Of a stretch of DNA of 32,000 nucleotides, positions 16,099-25,819 are shown piece by piece. The stretch's first letter is position 1, and each line of letters opens with the position of its first letter. The stretch comes from an uncultured archaeon (lineage in GTDB: Archaea; Iainarchaeota; Iainarchaeia; Iainarchaeales; DATDZZ01). The notes beneath the pieces are model-generated. The model did no database searches. It worked only from the letters and a program-made list of their open reading frames with translations, and had not been told where the DNA came from. The stretch spans positions 39,437-71,436 of the forward strand of contig CAYJVY010000001.1 in the NCBI GenBank assembly GCA_964373795.1. The letters are read 5' to 3'. The translations under genes and the position numbers were made by a program.

Positions 16099-17991
16099 AT
16101 GTTTAGTCCAGTAAAAATTGCAAAAACAAGATTAATTGGGTTACAAAAGGATAAAGAAACAGCCATAAATGCATTGCATTTCTATGGAAAAATTCATGTA
16201 AAAAGTTTTCCGTTTCAAGGAGTTTTAGAACAAGAAAAACCTTTCCAAAAATATAATGAATTAGTTGAACAATTAATTAAATTGGAAGGAATTTTATCAC
16301 TAATTCCTCCAAAACCGGTTTTATTCAGAAAAAAAACAATTCCAGTTGAACAGGCGTTACTTGAATGTAAAGAACTTGATTTGAGTAAAAAAATTTCTAA
16401 TGCAAAAAAAGAAGTGGAAGAAATTCGCATCTCAAAAGAAAAAATTGAAAGCGAATTAAAGACATTGGAATTAGTTAAAGACTTTCACTTAAATTTTTCT
16501 GATTTACGAAGTGAAAGCATTGACTTTGTTTTAGGAAAAATTTCTTCAACAAAAAATATAGATGATTTACAACACATTACTAAAAAAATTGAAATAATTA
16601 GAAAACCTTTAAGCAAAGAAAAAAAGATTATTTTAGTAATTGTTCAAAAAACTTTTTTACAAAAAGTAAAAGAAAAATTGTTTAAAAATAATTTTGAAGA
16701 AATAGTTTTGCCTGAAATTAGTGGAACTCCAAATGAAATAATGAGTAAATTGCATTCAGATTTAGGCGGGTTAACCACTAGAAAAAACTCTGCAGAAAAT
16801 GAATTAAAAAAAGTTAGTGAAAACTTTTATGAAAAAATTTTATTCTTGAAAGAAATTATTGAAATTGAAAAGAAAAAATTTGAAGTAATGTATAGTTTTG
16901 GAAAAACAAGTGACTTGTTTTATTTAGAGTTTTTCCTTCCAGAAAAGGAATTAGATTTATTTAAATCTTTTTTTCATAAACATTTTTCTTCAAAATATTT
17001 ATTGCAAGTGGAAAACAGTAAAGAATTAATGCATTCACATGAGGAAACTCCAACTGTAATGCAAAACCCGAATGCATTATCCCCTTTTGAGTTCATGATA
17101 AAGTTTGTTTCCTTACCTCAAAGCAATGAAATTGATCCAACAATAATTTTTTTCTGGTTTTTTCCAATATTTTATGGATTAATGGTTGGAGATGTAGGAT
17201 ATGGATTGTCTGCATTGATTTTAAGTTCAATTCTTTTTATTAAATTGCCTAAAAACCATTTACTTAAACCAATTTCAGCTATGTTAATTTATTCTTCTCT
17301 TCCAACTATTTTATTTGGAATTATATTTGATGAATATTTTGGATTTCCTCATCAAAAATTACTTGAATTATTTGGCTTTCATGAATTAGAGTTTTATCAC
17401 GGAATTGAAAGATTACAGAGCATTCCAATTCTTATTACTGCAACAATTTTAATTGGATTACTGACTATTTGCTTAGGATTTTTATTTGGAGCAATTAATG
17501 CTTTAATTGAAAAAAATTTCAAGCACTGTATTGCAAAAATTTCATGGATTTTTTTACTTTGTTCTGGAACAATAATGATTGCAGGCGGATTGTTTAATTT
17601 TTTGCCGGAATTCTTAATTCCTTCTGCAGTAATCTTTATTATTGCTTTAATTCCAATAATTTTATTTGAAGGAGTAATTGGGTTAATTGAAATTCCAAGC
17701 ACTGCTGGAAATATCTTGTCTTTTATAAGAATTTTAGCAGTAGGACTAGTTGGAGTAATGATTGCACTTATTTTAAATAAATTATTGCTTCCATCTCCAG
17801 AGCAAGGGTTAATATTGTTAATAACAATTCCATTATACTTGATTGGACATTTTGTTAACCTTGTACTAGCAATGTTTGAATCATTGGTTCAAGGAGCAAG
17901 ACTAAACTATGTAGAGTTTTTTTCAAAGTTTTTTCATGGAGGAGGAAAAATATTCAAGCCATTCAAGGCTGAAAGAAATTATACTCAGTAA
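16099..17991 (+). CDS. atpI: A-type ATP synthase subunit I (stator a-subunit)
   Basis: 630 aa. Soluble coiled N-terminal half plus a polytopic C-terminal half carrying the conserved Arg in LSFIRILAVGLVG. Confidence 0.85.
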   Translation: MFSPVKIAKTRLIGLQKDKETAINALHFYGKIHVKSFPFQGVLEQEKPFQKYNELVEQLIKLEGILSLIPPKPVLFRKKTIPVEQALLECKELDLSKKISNAKKEVEEIRISKEKIESELKTLELVKDFHLNFSDLRSESIDFVLGKISSTKNIDDLQHITKKIEIIRKPLSKEKKIILVIVQKTFLQKVKEKLFKNNFEEIVLPEISGTPNEIMSKLHSDLGGLTTRKNSAENELKKVSENFYEKILFLKEIIEIEKKKFEVMYSFGKTSDLFYLEFFLPEKELDLFKSFFHKHFSSKYLLQVENSKELMHSHEETPTVMQNPNALSPFEFMIKFVSLPQSNEIDPTIIFFWFFPIFYGLMVGDVGYGLSALILSSILFIKLPKNHLLKPISAMLIYSSLPTILFGIIFDEYFGFPHQKLLELFGFHELEFYHGIERLQSIPILITATILIGLLTICLGFLFGAINALIEKNFKHCIAKISWIFLLCSGTIMIAGGLFNFLPEFLIPSAVIFIIALIPIILFEGVIGLIEIPSTAGNILSFIRILAVGLVGVMIALILNKLLLPSPEQGLILLITIPLYLIGHFVNLVLAMFESLVQGARLNYVEFFSKFFHGGGKIFKPFKAERNYTQ

Positions 17992-18022
17992 ATTATGTTT
18001 AAAATTTTAAGGAGGAAAAAAT

Positions 18023-18259
18023 ATGGTATTATTTGAAGGCGCAGGAGCAATAGCTATTGCAGCAGGATTAGCAATTGCTGGAGGAGCAATTGGAACTGCT
18101 TGGGCTCAATCAGCTATTGGAAGCTCAGCAATGGGAGTAATAGCTGAAAGACCAGAAGAAGCATCCAGGCTAATAATTTGGTTAGCTTTACCAGAGACAA
18201 TGGTAATCCTAGGCTTTGTTGTAGCAGCAATGATGATGGTATTAAAAATACCAGTATAA
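18023..18259 (+). CDS. atpK: A-type ATP synthase proteolipid subunit K (c)
   Basis: 78-aa two-helix hairpin. Gly/Ala-rich helix 1 (AGLAIAGGAIGTAWAQSAIG), RPEE loop, and the carboxylate in helix 2 (LALPETMVILGFV). Confidence 0.85.
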   Translation: MVLFEGAGAIAIAAGLAIAGGAIGTAWAQSAIGSSAMGVIAERPEEASRLIIWLALPETMVILGFVVAAMMMVLKIPV

Positions 18260-18343
18260 AAGCTTTTTAAAAAAAGCTTACAAAAAAAATTGCAAAAACT
18301 TTACAAAAAAAAAGAAAACTTTTGCATAAATGCAGAGTTTTCT
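18260..18343 (+). other. Two stem-loops directly after atpK (18260-18279 and 18313-18343)
   Basis: AAGCTTTTT-AA-AAAAAGCTT inverted repeat starting one nt after the stop. Then AGAAAAC..TGCAT-AA-ATGCA..GTTTTCT, a nested hairpin followed by TTT. Confidence 0.4.
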
Positions 18344-18370
18344 TTAAAGAAATTATTTGGAGGTAGTTAA

Positions 18371-18928
18371 GTGGGAATTGAGTTACTTAGCAAAGAAATA
18401 CTTGAAGACGCAAAAGAAAAAGCTAAAGAAATTCATAGAGAAGCTTTAAGTGAAAAGAAAAAAATCTTACTTGAAGCAGAAAAGCAAAAACAAGAAATTC
18501 TTTCAAAAGCGGAAAAAACAGTTGAAAACATTATTGCAGTAGAAAAACGGGAAAAGATTTCAAGTGCACAACTTGAAGCAAAAAGAATGATTAATGAATC
18601 AAAAGAGTTAGCTGTAAATAAGGCTTTAGAAGAGTTATGGCAAGAGTTTATTAAAACTCGCGAATCAAAAAAATATTCCGAAAGTCTTTCAAAACTTGCA
18701 AGCCAAGGAGTTAAAGAAATTGGGAAAGACGCAATTATTAAAGTTAATTCAAAGGATTTAAAATTACTAAAAGAAAACTTTAATTTATCGAAAACTTCTG
18801 CAAACATTTCTGGAGGAGTAATTGTTTGCTCTGCAGATGAAAGAATTATTGTAAACAATTCCTTTGAAGCATTATTTGATGCAAAAAAAGATGAAATGAA
18901 GAAGATTTTATTCAAAGAATTATTTTGA
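18371..18928 (+). CDS. atpE: A-type ATP synthase subunit E
   Basis: 185-aa protein with a long N-terminal Glu/Lys helix and a globular C-terminus. GTG start with GGAGGT (18359-18364). Operon position. Confidence 0.75.
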   Translation: MGIELLSKEILEDAKEKAKEIHREALSEKKKILLEAEKQKQEILSKAEKTVENIIAVEKREKISSAQLEAKRMINESKELAVNKALEELWQEFIKTRESKKYSESLSKLASQGVKEIGKDAIIKVNSKDLKLLKENFNLSKTSANISGGVIVCSADERIIVNNSFEALFDAKKDEMKKILFKELF

Positions 18929-18939
18929 AATGATGAAAA

Positions 18940-20055
18940 ATGTATTCAGTTAAATTAATTCCGTTAATTGGCCCACTTATAGGGAATTCATTAGCTTACA
19001 GGGCATCTGTTTATGGGTATTCTAATTCAAGAATTAAGTCATTAAAAACTTCTTTACTTGAAAAAAAGTTTTTACAAGAATTAATTGAAGCAAATTCTTT
19101 CAATGAAATTATTTCCTTGCTTGAAAAAACTTCTTACAAAGAAGACTTGGCTCAGGCTTCTTTGGAAAACATTTCAAATCCAATTGATTTAATTGAATTC
19201 TCTTTATCAAAAAATTTAAGTCGAACAATTAGTTTTCTAGCAAAAATTGTTCCTATGGAGGCCTTGCCTTTTTTGAACACGGTATTCGAAAGATATTATG
19301 TTCATAACTTGAAAACAATTCTTTTAGCAAAACACTTAAATGAATCTAGAGAAACTGCAAAAAAACTTTTATTAAAGCCATTAAATGTTTCAGAATACAA
19401 ATTAAATGAATTACTTGAAGCAAAAGATTTACTTAATGTAATTGATAAACTGAAAAACACAGAATACTATAATGCTTTAATTAAGGCCTTACCAGAATAT
19501 AAAAAATCTAATGAAATAGTGTTATTGTTGCAAGAACTAGATTTATTTTATTTTCAAAAAATTGCAAAAACGGTTTCTGAAAGCAAGCAAATTAAGGGCG
19601 ATGAAAAAATTATTTCTTCATTAATTGAATCAGAAATTGATTCAAAAAATTTAATGAATATTTTGCGAGGAAAAATAAATCATTTGGAGAAAACATTTAT
19701 TGAAAAAATTTTAATTTCAGGCGGAACCTTGAAACAAGAGGTTTTGAAAACATTGTTAAAAGAAGACTCTATTGAAAAACTAGTGAAAAACATTCCAAAT
19801 TATAATCTTTCAAGTTCATTAGAAAAATTTAAAGAAGATAATTCGTTAATTCATTTTGAATTAGAACTTGAAAGCCAAAGACTGAAAAAAGGTTTAAGTG
19901 TTTTAAGAAGAAGCATTCTATCTATTGGGACAATAATGGGTTTTGCTTATTTAAAAGAACAAGAAATTGCAAATATTAAAAAAATTCTTAGAGCAAAAGA
20001 ATTTAATTTATCAAAACAGGAAACAGAAAAAATGCTTGTATTTATAGGAGCTTAA
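18940..20055 (+). CDS. atpC: A-type ATP synthase subunit C
   Basis: 371-aa all-helical protein at the C position between atpE and atpF. Confidence 0.75.
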   Translation: MYSVKLIPLIGPLIGNSLAYRASVYGYSNSRIKSLKTSLLEKKFLQELIEANSFNEIISLLEKTSYKEDLAQASLENISNPIDLIEFSLSKNLSRTISFLAKIVPMEALPFLNTVFERYYVHNLKTILLAKHLNESRETAKKLLLKPLNVSEYKLNELLEAKDLLNVIDKLKNTEYYNALIKALPEYKKSNEIVLLLQELDLFYFQKIAKTVSESKQIKGDEKIISSLIESEIDSKNLMNILRGKINHLEKTFIEKILISGGTLKQEVLKTLLKEDSIEKLVKNIPNYNLSSSLEKFKEDNSLIHFELELESQRLKKGLSVLRRSILSIGTIMGFAYLKEQEIANIKKILRAKEFNLSKQETEKMLVFIGA

Positions 20056-20058
20056 AAA

Positions 20059-20397
20059 GTGAATAACATGGATGAAAACTTTGCGCATAAAATTTTTGTC
20101 GTAGCAGACCATTCTACTTGCACAGGGTTTAGGTTAGCTGGAATAACAAATGCTTTTAAGTTAGAAGGATTTGAAGCTGAAAAAAAATTAGAAGAGTTAA
20201 TGAATTCACAAGAAGCAGGAATAATTATAATTAATGAAAAACTTTTGACTCAAATGAATTACAAGTTAAGGCAAAGAATTGATAAAACAGCTAAACCAGT
20301 TGTATTAGCTGTTCCAGATAAAAATGGGGCTTCAGAGGAAGCAGAGTCCTTAAAGTTTTTAGTTAAAAGAGCTTTAGGATTTGAATTAATTAAATAA
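20059..20397 (+). CDS. atpF: A-type ATP synthase subunit F
   Basis: 112 aa. IFVVADHSTCTGFRLAGI N-terminus is typical of subunit F. Start is GTG 20059 or ATG 20068. Confidence 0.8.
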   Translation: MNNMDENFAHKIFVVADHSTCTGFRLAGITNAFKLEGFEAEKKLEELMNSQEAGIIIINEKLLTQMNYKLRQRIDKTAKPVVLAVPDKNGASEEAESLKFLVKRALGFELIK

Positions 20398-20504
20398 CCT
20401 TTTAGGAAAAGGTTAGCGAAAAAAAAGTAAGCAAAAAAAATAACAAAAAAAGAAAAAATTGATGGAAAAAAATTTAAAAAATAGGGAAAGTTAGAGGTGA
20501 AAAA

Positions 20505-22274
20505 ATGGGATTACTTCATAGAATTGTTGGGCCTGTAGTTGTAGCTGAAGGAATGAGAGGAGCAAAAATTTACGATGTTGTAAAAGTTGGAAAAGAAAAA
20601 TTAATTGGAGAAATAATTAAAATTAATGGAGATTTTGCAACAATTCAGGTTTACGAAGACACTTCTGGATTAATGCCTGGAGAAAAGGTTGAAAATACTG
20701 AAATGCCGTTAAGTGTTGAATTAGGCCCGGGTTTATTGCAAAATATTTATGATGGAATTCAAAGACCTTTAGAGGCAATTAAAAAAGAATCAGGAAACTT
20801 TATTTCAAGAGGAATTCAAGTAAACGCAATTGATAGAAAAAAGAAATGGGATTTCAAAGCAGCAGCGAAAAAAGGAGAAGAAGTTTCAGAAGGAGATGTT
20901 CTTGGAATAGTTCAAGAAACTTCTTTAATAGAGCACAGAGTTTTAGTTCCTCAAGGAATGAAAGGAAAATTAATTGAAATAAAATCAGGAAAATTCAATG
21001 TAGAAGAAGTAATTGCAGTAATCAAAACCATGGAAGGAGAAAAAGAAATTGCCATGCTTCAAAAATGGTTTGTAAGAAAGCCTAGAAGGGTTGTGGAAAA
21101 ACTTGCTCCAGATAATCCATTAATTACTGGAATGAGAATATTAGATACTTTTTTTCCAATAGCTAAAGGAGGAACTGCAGCAATTCCAGGACCGTTTGGC
21201 TCTGGAAAAACTGTAACGCAGCAAGCACTTGCGAAATGGTCTGACGCACAAGTAATTGTTTACGTTGGCTGTGGCGAGAGAGCGAATGAGATGGCCGAAG
21301 TTTTAATTGAGTTTCCACATTTAATAGATCCAAAATCAGGCAAGCCTTTAATGGAGAGAACAATTTTAGTTGCAAATACTTCAAACATGCCTGTAGCTGC
21401 AAGAGAGGCTTCTGTTTATACTGGAATAACTTTAGCAGAATATTATAGGGACATGGGTTATGATGTTGCTTTAATGGCTGATTCAACTTCTCGTTGGGCT
21501 GAAGCAATGAGAGAAATTTCTTCAAGACTAGAAGAAATGCCTGGAGAAGAAGGCTATCCTCCTTATTTGGCAAGAAAGTTAGCAGAGTTTTATGAAAGAG
21601 CTGGAAGAGCAATTTGTTTAGGAAAAGATAAAAGAAAGGGAAGCATTTCAGTAATTGGAGCTGTTTCTCCTCCAGGAGGAGATATCTCTGAACCAGTTTC
21701 TCAAAACACTTTAAGGGTTACAAAGGTTTTCTGGGCATTAGATGCAAAATTAGCTCAAAGAAGGCATTTTCCTTCAATTAATTGGTTAAAGTCTTACACT
21801 TTATATCAAAATTCTTTGAAAAACTTTTATGCAAACAATGTATCCGCGGACTGGAATGATTTAAGAAATAATGCAATGGGTTTACTGCAAAAAGAATCAG
21901 AGCTTCAAGAAGTAGTGCAATTAGTTGGCCCAGATGCATTGCCTGAAAAAGAACAAGCAATTTTGTTTACATCTAAAATGATTAGAGAAGACTTTTTACA
22001 GCAATCAGCTTTTCATGAAGTTGATACATACTCTTCTTTGAAAAAACAATATGCAATGCTGAAAACAATAATGCATTTCTATGAAAAAGCACTTAACTCA
22101 ATTGATTTAGGAGTTCAATTAAAAGCAATTACCTCATTAGAAGTAAAAAATTCAATTGCTAGAATGAAAGAAATTCCTGAAAAAGAGTTTGAGAAAAAAA
22201 TTTCAGACATTAATTCAGAAATTGATTCTCAATTTGAAAAACTATTGCATCACTTGCAAGTAATAACAAAATAA
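20505..22274 (+). CDS. atpA: A-type ATP synthase catalytic subunit A (no intein)
   Basis: Walker A GPFGSGKT, a non-homologous region insert typical of A subunits, and the [11 protein letters not shown] motif. 589 aa. Confidence 0.95.
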   Translation: MGLLHRIVGPVVVAEGMRGAKIYDVVKVGKEKLIGEIIKINGDFATIQVYEDTSGLMPGEKVENTEMPLSVELGPGLLQNIYDGIQRPLEAIKKESGNFISRGIQVNAIDRKKKWDFKAAAKKGEEVSEGDVLGIVQETSLIEHRVLVPQGMKGKLIEIKSGKFNVEEVIAVIKTMEGEKEIAMLQKWFVRKPRRVVEKLAPDNPLITGMRILDTFFPIAKGGTAAIPGPFGSGKTVTQQALAKWSDAQVIVYVGCGERANEMAEVLIEFPHLIDPKSGKPLMERTILVANTSNMPVAAREASVYTGITLAEYYRDMGYDVALMADSTSRWAEAMREISSRLEEMPGEEGYPPYLARKLAEFYERAGRAICLGKDKRKGSISVIGAVSPPGGDISEPVSQNTLRVTKVFWALDAKLAQRRHFPSINWLKSYTLYQNSLKNFYANNVSADWNDLRNNAMGLLQKESELQEVVQLVGPDALPEKEQAILFTSKMIREDFLQQSAFHEVDTYSSLKKQYAMLKTIMHFYEKALNSIDLGVQLKAITSLEVKNSIARMKEIPEKEFEKKISDINSEIDSQFEKLLHHLQVITK

Positions 22275-22289
22275 TTTGGAGGAAGAAAG

Positions 22290-23675
22290 ATGATTAAAGA
22301 ATATCAAACTGTTACAGATGTTGCTGGGCCATTGATTTTTATTGAAAGAGTTGAAAATGTTGGATTCAATGAATTAGTTGAAGTAATTCTTCCTTCTGGA
22401 GAGAAAAAAAAAGGCCAAGTACTAGATGTATCAAAAGGAAAAGCAGTTGTACAAATATTTGGAACAACTACTGGATTAGATACAGATAAAACAAAAATCC
22501 GTTTTTCTGGAGAGACAATTAAGTTAGGAGTTTCAAAAGAAATGCTTGGAAGAATATTTAATGGCCTTGGCGAACCAATTGATTCAAGGCCAGCAATTAT
22601 TGCAGAAAAAAAAATCGACATAACTGGCTCGGCAATAAATCCTTCTTCTAGAGCAAAACCAGAAGAATTCATTCAAACAGGAGTTTCAGCAATTGATGGA
22701 ATGAATACTCTTGTAAGAGGACAAAAACTTCCAATCTTTTCCGGAAGTGGTTTGCCTCATAATGAATTAGCTGTTCAAATAGCTCGTCAAGCAAAGGTTT
22801 TAGGAGGAAAAGAAAAGTCTGATTTCGCAGTTGTATTTGCAGCAATGGGAATAACTCATGAAGAAAAAAACTTTTTCATGAAAGAATTTGAAAGAACAGG
22901 TGCATTAGACAGAGCCGTATTATTTTTGAATTTAGCTGACGATCCATCAGTTGAAAGATTAATCACTCCTAGAATGGCTTTAACTACAGCAGAATACTTG
23001 GCTTTTGAAAAAGACATGCACATACTAGTAATTTTAACTGACATGACAATGTATTGTGAAACCTTAAGAGAAATTGCTGGAGCAAGAGAAGAAGTTCCAG
23101 GAAGAAGAGGATATCCAGGATATATGTACACTGATTTATCAACTGTTTATGAAAGAGCTGGAGTAATTCAAGGAAAAAAAGGAAGCGTAACACAGTTATC
23201 AATTCTTTCCATGCCAGCAGATGACATTACTCATCCAATTCCTGATTTAACTGGATATATTACTGAAGGGCAAATAGTTGTTTCAAGAGATCTTCATAGA
23301 AAATCAATTGTTCCCCCAATAGATGTATTACCTTCTCTTTCAAGGTTAATGAATTCAGGAATAGGTAAAGGCAAAACAAGAGAAGACCATAGAGGAATAG
23401 CAGATCAGTTGTATTCTGCTTACGCTGAAGGAAGAGATTTGAGAAGCTTATCAGCAATTGTAGGAGAAGAAGCTTTAACTGAAAACGATAGAAAATATTT
23501 AAGGTTTGCTGACTCCTTTGAAAAAGAATTCATTAATCAAGGATTTTCAGAAGACAGAAACATTGAAAACACTTTAGAATTGGGTTGGAAATTGTTATCA
23601 ATTTTCCCTGAATCAGAGTTAAAGAAAATCAAATTAGAATTCATTGAAAAATATGGAAAAAAATTTAAAAAATAA
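22290..23675 (+). CDS. atpB: A-type ATP synthase subunit B
   Basis: [16 protein letters not shown] and [36 protein letters not shown] are typical of the A/V-type B subunit. 461 aa. Confidence 0.95.
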   Translation: MIKEYQTVTDVAGPLIFIERVENVGFNELVEVILPSGEKKKGQVLDVSKGKAVVQIFGTTTGLDTDKTKIRFSGETIKLGVSKEMLGRIFNGLGEPIDSRPAIIAEKKIDITGSAINPSSRAKPEEFIQTGVSAIDGMNTLVRGQKLPIFSGSGLPHNELAVQIARQAKVLGGKEKSDFAVVFAAMGITHEEKNFFMKEFERTGALDRAVLFLNLADDPSVERLITPRMALTTAEYLAFEKDMHILVILTDMTMYCETLREIAGAREEVPGRRGYPGYMYTDLSTVYERAGVIQGKKGSVTQLSILSMPADDITHPIPDLTGYITEGQIVVSRDLHRKSIVPPIDVLPSLSRLMNSGIGKGKTREDHRGIADQLYSAYAEGRDLRSLSAIVGEEALTENDRKYLRFADSFEKEFINQGFSEDRNIENTLELGWKLLSIFPESELKKIKLEFIEKYGKKFKK

Positions 23676-23716
23676 AGCGGGCAAAATATAACTCTTACCC
23701 GCCGGACGGTAAAGCA

Positions 23717-24352
23717 ATGGCTGAAGATTTTAGAATAACTAGATTAGAATTAATTGAAACAAAAAATAGGATTAAGTTAGCTGAAAAAGGCTATAAACTC
23801 TTGAAACAAAAAAGAGATGTATTAATTTTAGAGTTTTTCAAGATTTTAAAAAAAGCAAAAGATTTACGTTCAGAATTAAATAATTCCATGTCAAAGGCAT
23901 TCAAAGCATTAGCAATGACTGAAGCCTATCACGGAGTATATGAAATTGAAAACATTGCTTTAAGCGTTAAAAAAGCTCCAAACATTGATGTAACGCAAAA
24001 AAATGTAATGGGAGTAAAAATTCCTGAAATAAATTCAAACTATGTTTCAAAAACATTAATGGAACGAGGATACTCAATTCCTGGAAGCTCAGCTAAAATA
24101 GATGAAACAGCTTCTTCTTTTGAAAAAGCCTTGGAAATAGCAATCAAGTTAGCTGAAACAGAAACTGCTTTGAAGAGAATGTTAAAAGAAATAGAGAAAA
24201 CAAAGCGAAGAGTTAATGCATTAGAATATGTTTTAATGCCTCGCTTGCATGAAAAAAAGAAATTCATTTCAGCTTCACTAGATGAAATGGAACGCGGACA
24301 ATTTGTTTCACTAAAAGCAATTAAAGCCAAAATGGATAAAAAAAACAACTAA
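23717..24352 (+). CDS. atpD: A-type ATP synthase subunit D (central stalk)
   Basis: 211-aa coiled-coil protein with KRRVNALEYVLMP near the C-terminus. Last gene of the operon. Confidence 0.85.
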   Translation: MAEDFRITRLELIETKNRIKLAEKGYKLLKQKRDVLILEFFKILKKAKDLRSELNNSMSKAFKALAMTEAYHGVYEIENIALSVKKAPNIDVTQKNVMGVKIPEINSNYVSKTLMERGYSIPGSSAKIDETASSFEKALEIAIKLAETETALKRMLKEIEKTKRRVNALEYVLMPRLHEKKKFISASLDEMERGQFVSLKAIKAKMDKKNN

Positions 24353-24399
24353 TTTTTCAAAAGACTAAATATTAATACAACTTTTAAAGCAATTATGTA

Positions 24400-25311
24400 A
24401 TGCCTATAGCAATTGCTTCAAAACCTTTAATTAAACCAAGAGAAAGACTTGAAAGAATTAGAAAACAAAAAATAGAAGAAAGAAGGCTTCCAAGTAATCT
24501 TGGAAAAGCATTTCTAAGTTCTCCTAACACTGAAAGAGTTAAAACAGCAAGACAAAAAGCATTAAATGTTATTCAAACCAGACTTCAAGAAGCAAGAAAG
24601 AATTTAAGAGAAGCTCAAACATTAAAAGAAAAAACTATTTTAAGAGCCAGGATTGCAAAACTAGGTTTTCTAACTAGAATTCCTTTAACTACTAGAAGAT
24701 TATTTATTTCAGCAATTGCAGTAAAGGATAGGATCACTTTAGAACACAGTGAAAGAGTAGGATCACTTACTACTTTACTTGGAAGAGAATTAGGAGTAAA
24801 AATTCCCCAAGACATTGGATTATTTCACGACTTGGGAAAAATTGATACTCCTGACTCAATTTTAATGGGAACTGGAAGGCTAAGTGAAGAAGAATTTGCT
24901 AGAATGAAAGAACATCCAGTTAAAGGATTTGAAATGTTAAAAGGAATTGCATCAAGAGAAACCCTTGATGCAGCAAAATATCATCATGAAAAATTTTCAG
25001 GAGGAGGATATCCTGAAGGAATTTCAGGAAAAAGAATTCCACGAATTGCACGAATCTTAGCAGTAGCAGACGTATTTGATGCATTACAAAATGCTCGCTC
25101 ATATAAAGCGCCAAAAACAATTGCACAAGTAATGGAAATAATGAAAAAAGATATTGGAACTCATTTCGATCCAGAAGTGTTTGATGCATTAGAACGACTT
25201 AAAGCAAAAGGACTCTTAAGAGAAGCTCCAGAAATACAAAAACCAAGAGAAAAAATAGGTTTGCTTGATTTATTCTTTCCAAAACCTGCGCCAATTCCAA
25301 AACAAGCTTAA
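24400..25311 (+). CDS. HD-GYP domain protein with a basic helical N-terminal extension
   Basis: HSERVGSLTTLLGRELG, FHDLGKIDTPDSIL, MKEHPVKG, HHEKFSGGGYPEG, VADVFDALQNARSYK. This is the full HD...HHE.xxGxGYP signature set. Confidence 0.8.
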   Translation: MPIAIASKPLIKPRERLERIRKQKIEERRLPSNLGKAFLSSPNTERVKTARQKALNVIQTRLQEARKNLREAQTLKEKTILRARIAKLGFLTRIPLTTRRLFISAIAVKDRITLEHSERVGSLTTLLGRELGVKIPQDIGLFHDLGKIDTPDSILMGTGRLSEEEFARMKEHPVKGFEMLKGIASRETLDAAKYHHEKFSGGGYPEGISGKRIPRIARILAVADVFDALQNARSYKAPKTIAQVMEIMKKDIGTHFDPEVFDALERLKAKGLLREAPEIQKPREKIGLLDLFFPKPAPIPKQA

Positions 25312-25570
25312 TTAAATCAATTTTCTTTTTCAAAAAATAAATTACTTGAAAAAGAAAATCACAGAAGTAAATTAATAAAGTTAATTTGAATTGCAAACCA
25401 TTTAATTACCGAATTCAGTGGAATTAAATTGATTAAATGAATTAAAATTTTTTTAAACCAAATAAAAATAAGAAATCCAAACTAACAGAATTTTAAAAGT
25501 TTCAAAAAGTTGGAAATTCAAATAAAAAGTTAATTTTTGATTTGAAAATTTAAGTGAAATTTTTTTATAG

Positions 25571-25586
25571 AAAACCTTTATAAAGG
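25571..25586 (+). promoter_or_regulatory. BRE/TATA-like element AAAACCTTTATAAAGG (contains the 12-nt palindrome CCTTTATAAAGG)
   Basis: It shares the 12-mer AAAACCTTTATA with 1687-1698. It lies about 50 nt upstream of a short ORF and about 235 nt upstream of the RNR ATG. Confidence 0.4.
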
Positions 25587-25637
25587 CTTGAAACTTTACA
25601 TATACTGTTAATTTTTTTAATGAAAGAGAGGGAAAAA

Positions 25638-25781
25638 ATGTTTTTATCGTTAATAGGTTTTAACTCTAAAAAATCGAATCAAAGCTTTTTCTCAAGGCCT
25701 TATTTAAAGTTAAAATCTCTTAAGTTGACTTCTTTTTCATTAACTAATTCATCCTTTACTAAAAAAAAGTTTTTAATTTAA
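25638..25781 (+). CDS. Candidate 47-codon upstream (leader) ORF of the RNR gene
   Basis: ATG is preceded by GAGAGGGAAAAAA, the same 13-nt initiation context as the RNR start (25807-25819). Peptide is MFLSLIGFNSKKSNQSFFSRPYLKLKSLKLTSFSLTNSSFTKKKFLI. Coding status unproven. Confidence 0.2.
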   Translation: MFLSLIGFNSKKSNQSFFSRPYLKLKSLKLTSFSLTNSSFTKKKFLI

Positions 25782-25819
25782 GTAAAACTGCAAAGGAGCA
25801 AATATTGAGAGGGAAAAAA

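Noticed and set aside
20505-23675. Intein in the ATP synthase A or B subunit, the classic VMA/AtpA intein host
   Set aside because: AtpA (589 aa) and AtpB (461 aa) have normal lengths. The P-loop region [14 protein letters not shown] is uninterrupted.
25312-25819. Cobalamin riboswitch or NrdR-box regulation upstream of the B12-dependent RNR
   Set aside because: The spacer is extremely AT-rich. It has no G/C-rich B12-box-like core or paired NrdR-type boxes that I can recognise. A covariance-model scan would be needed to exclude a riboswitch formally.
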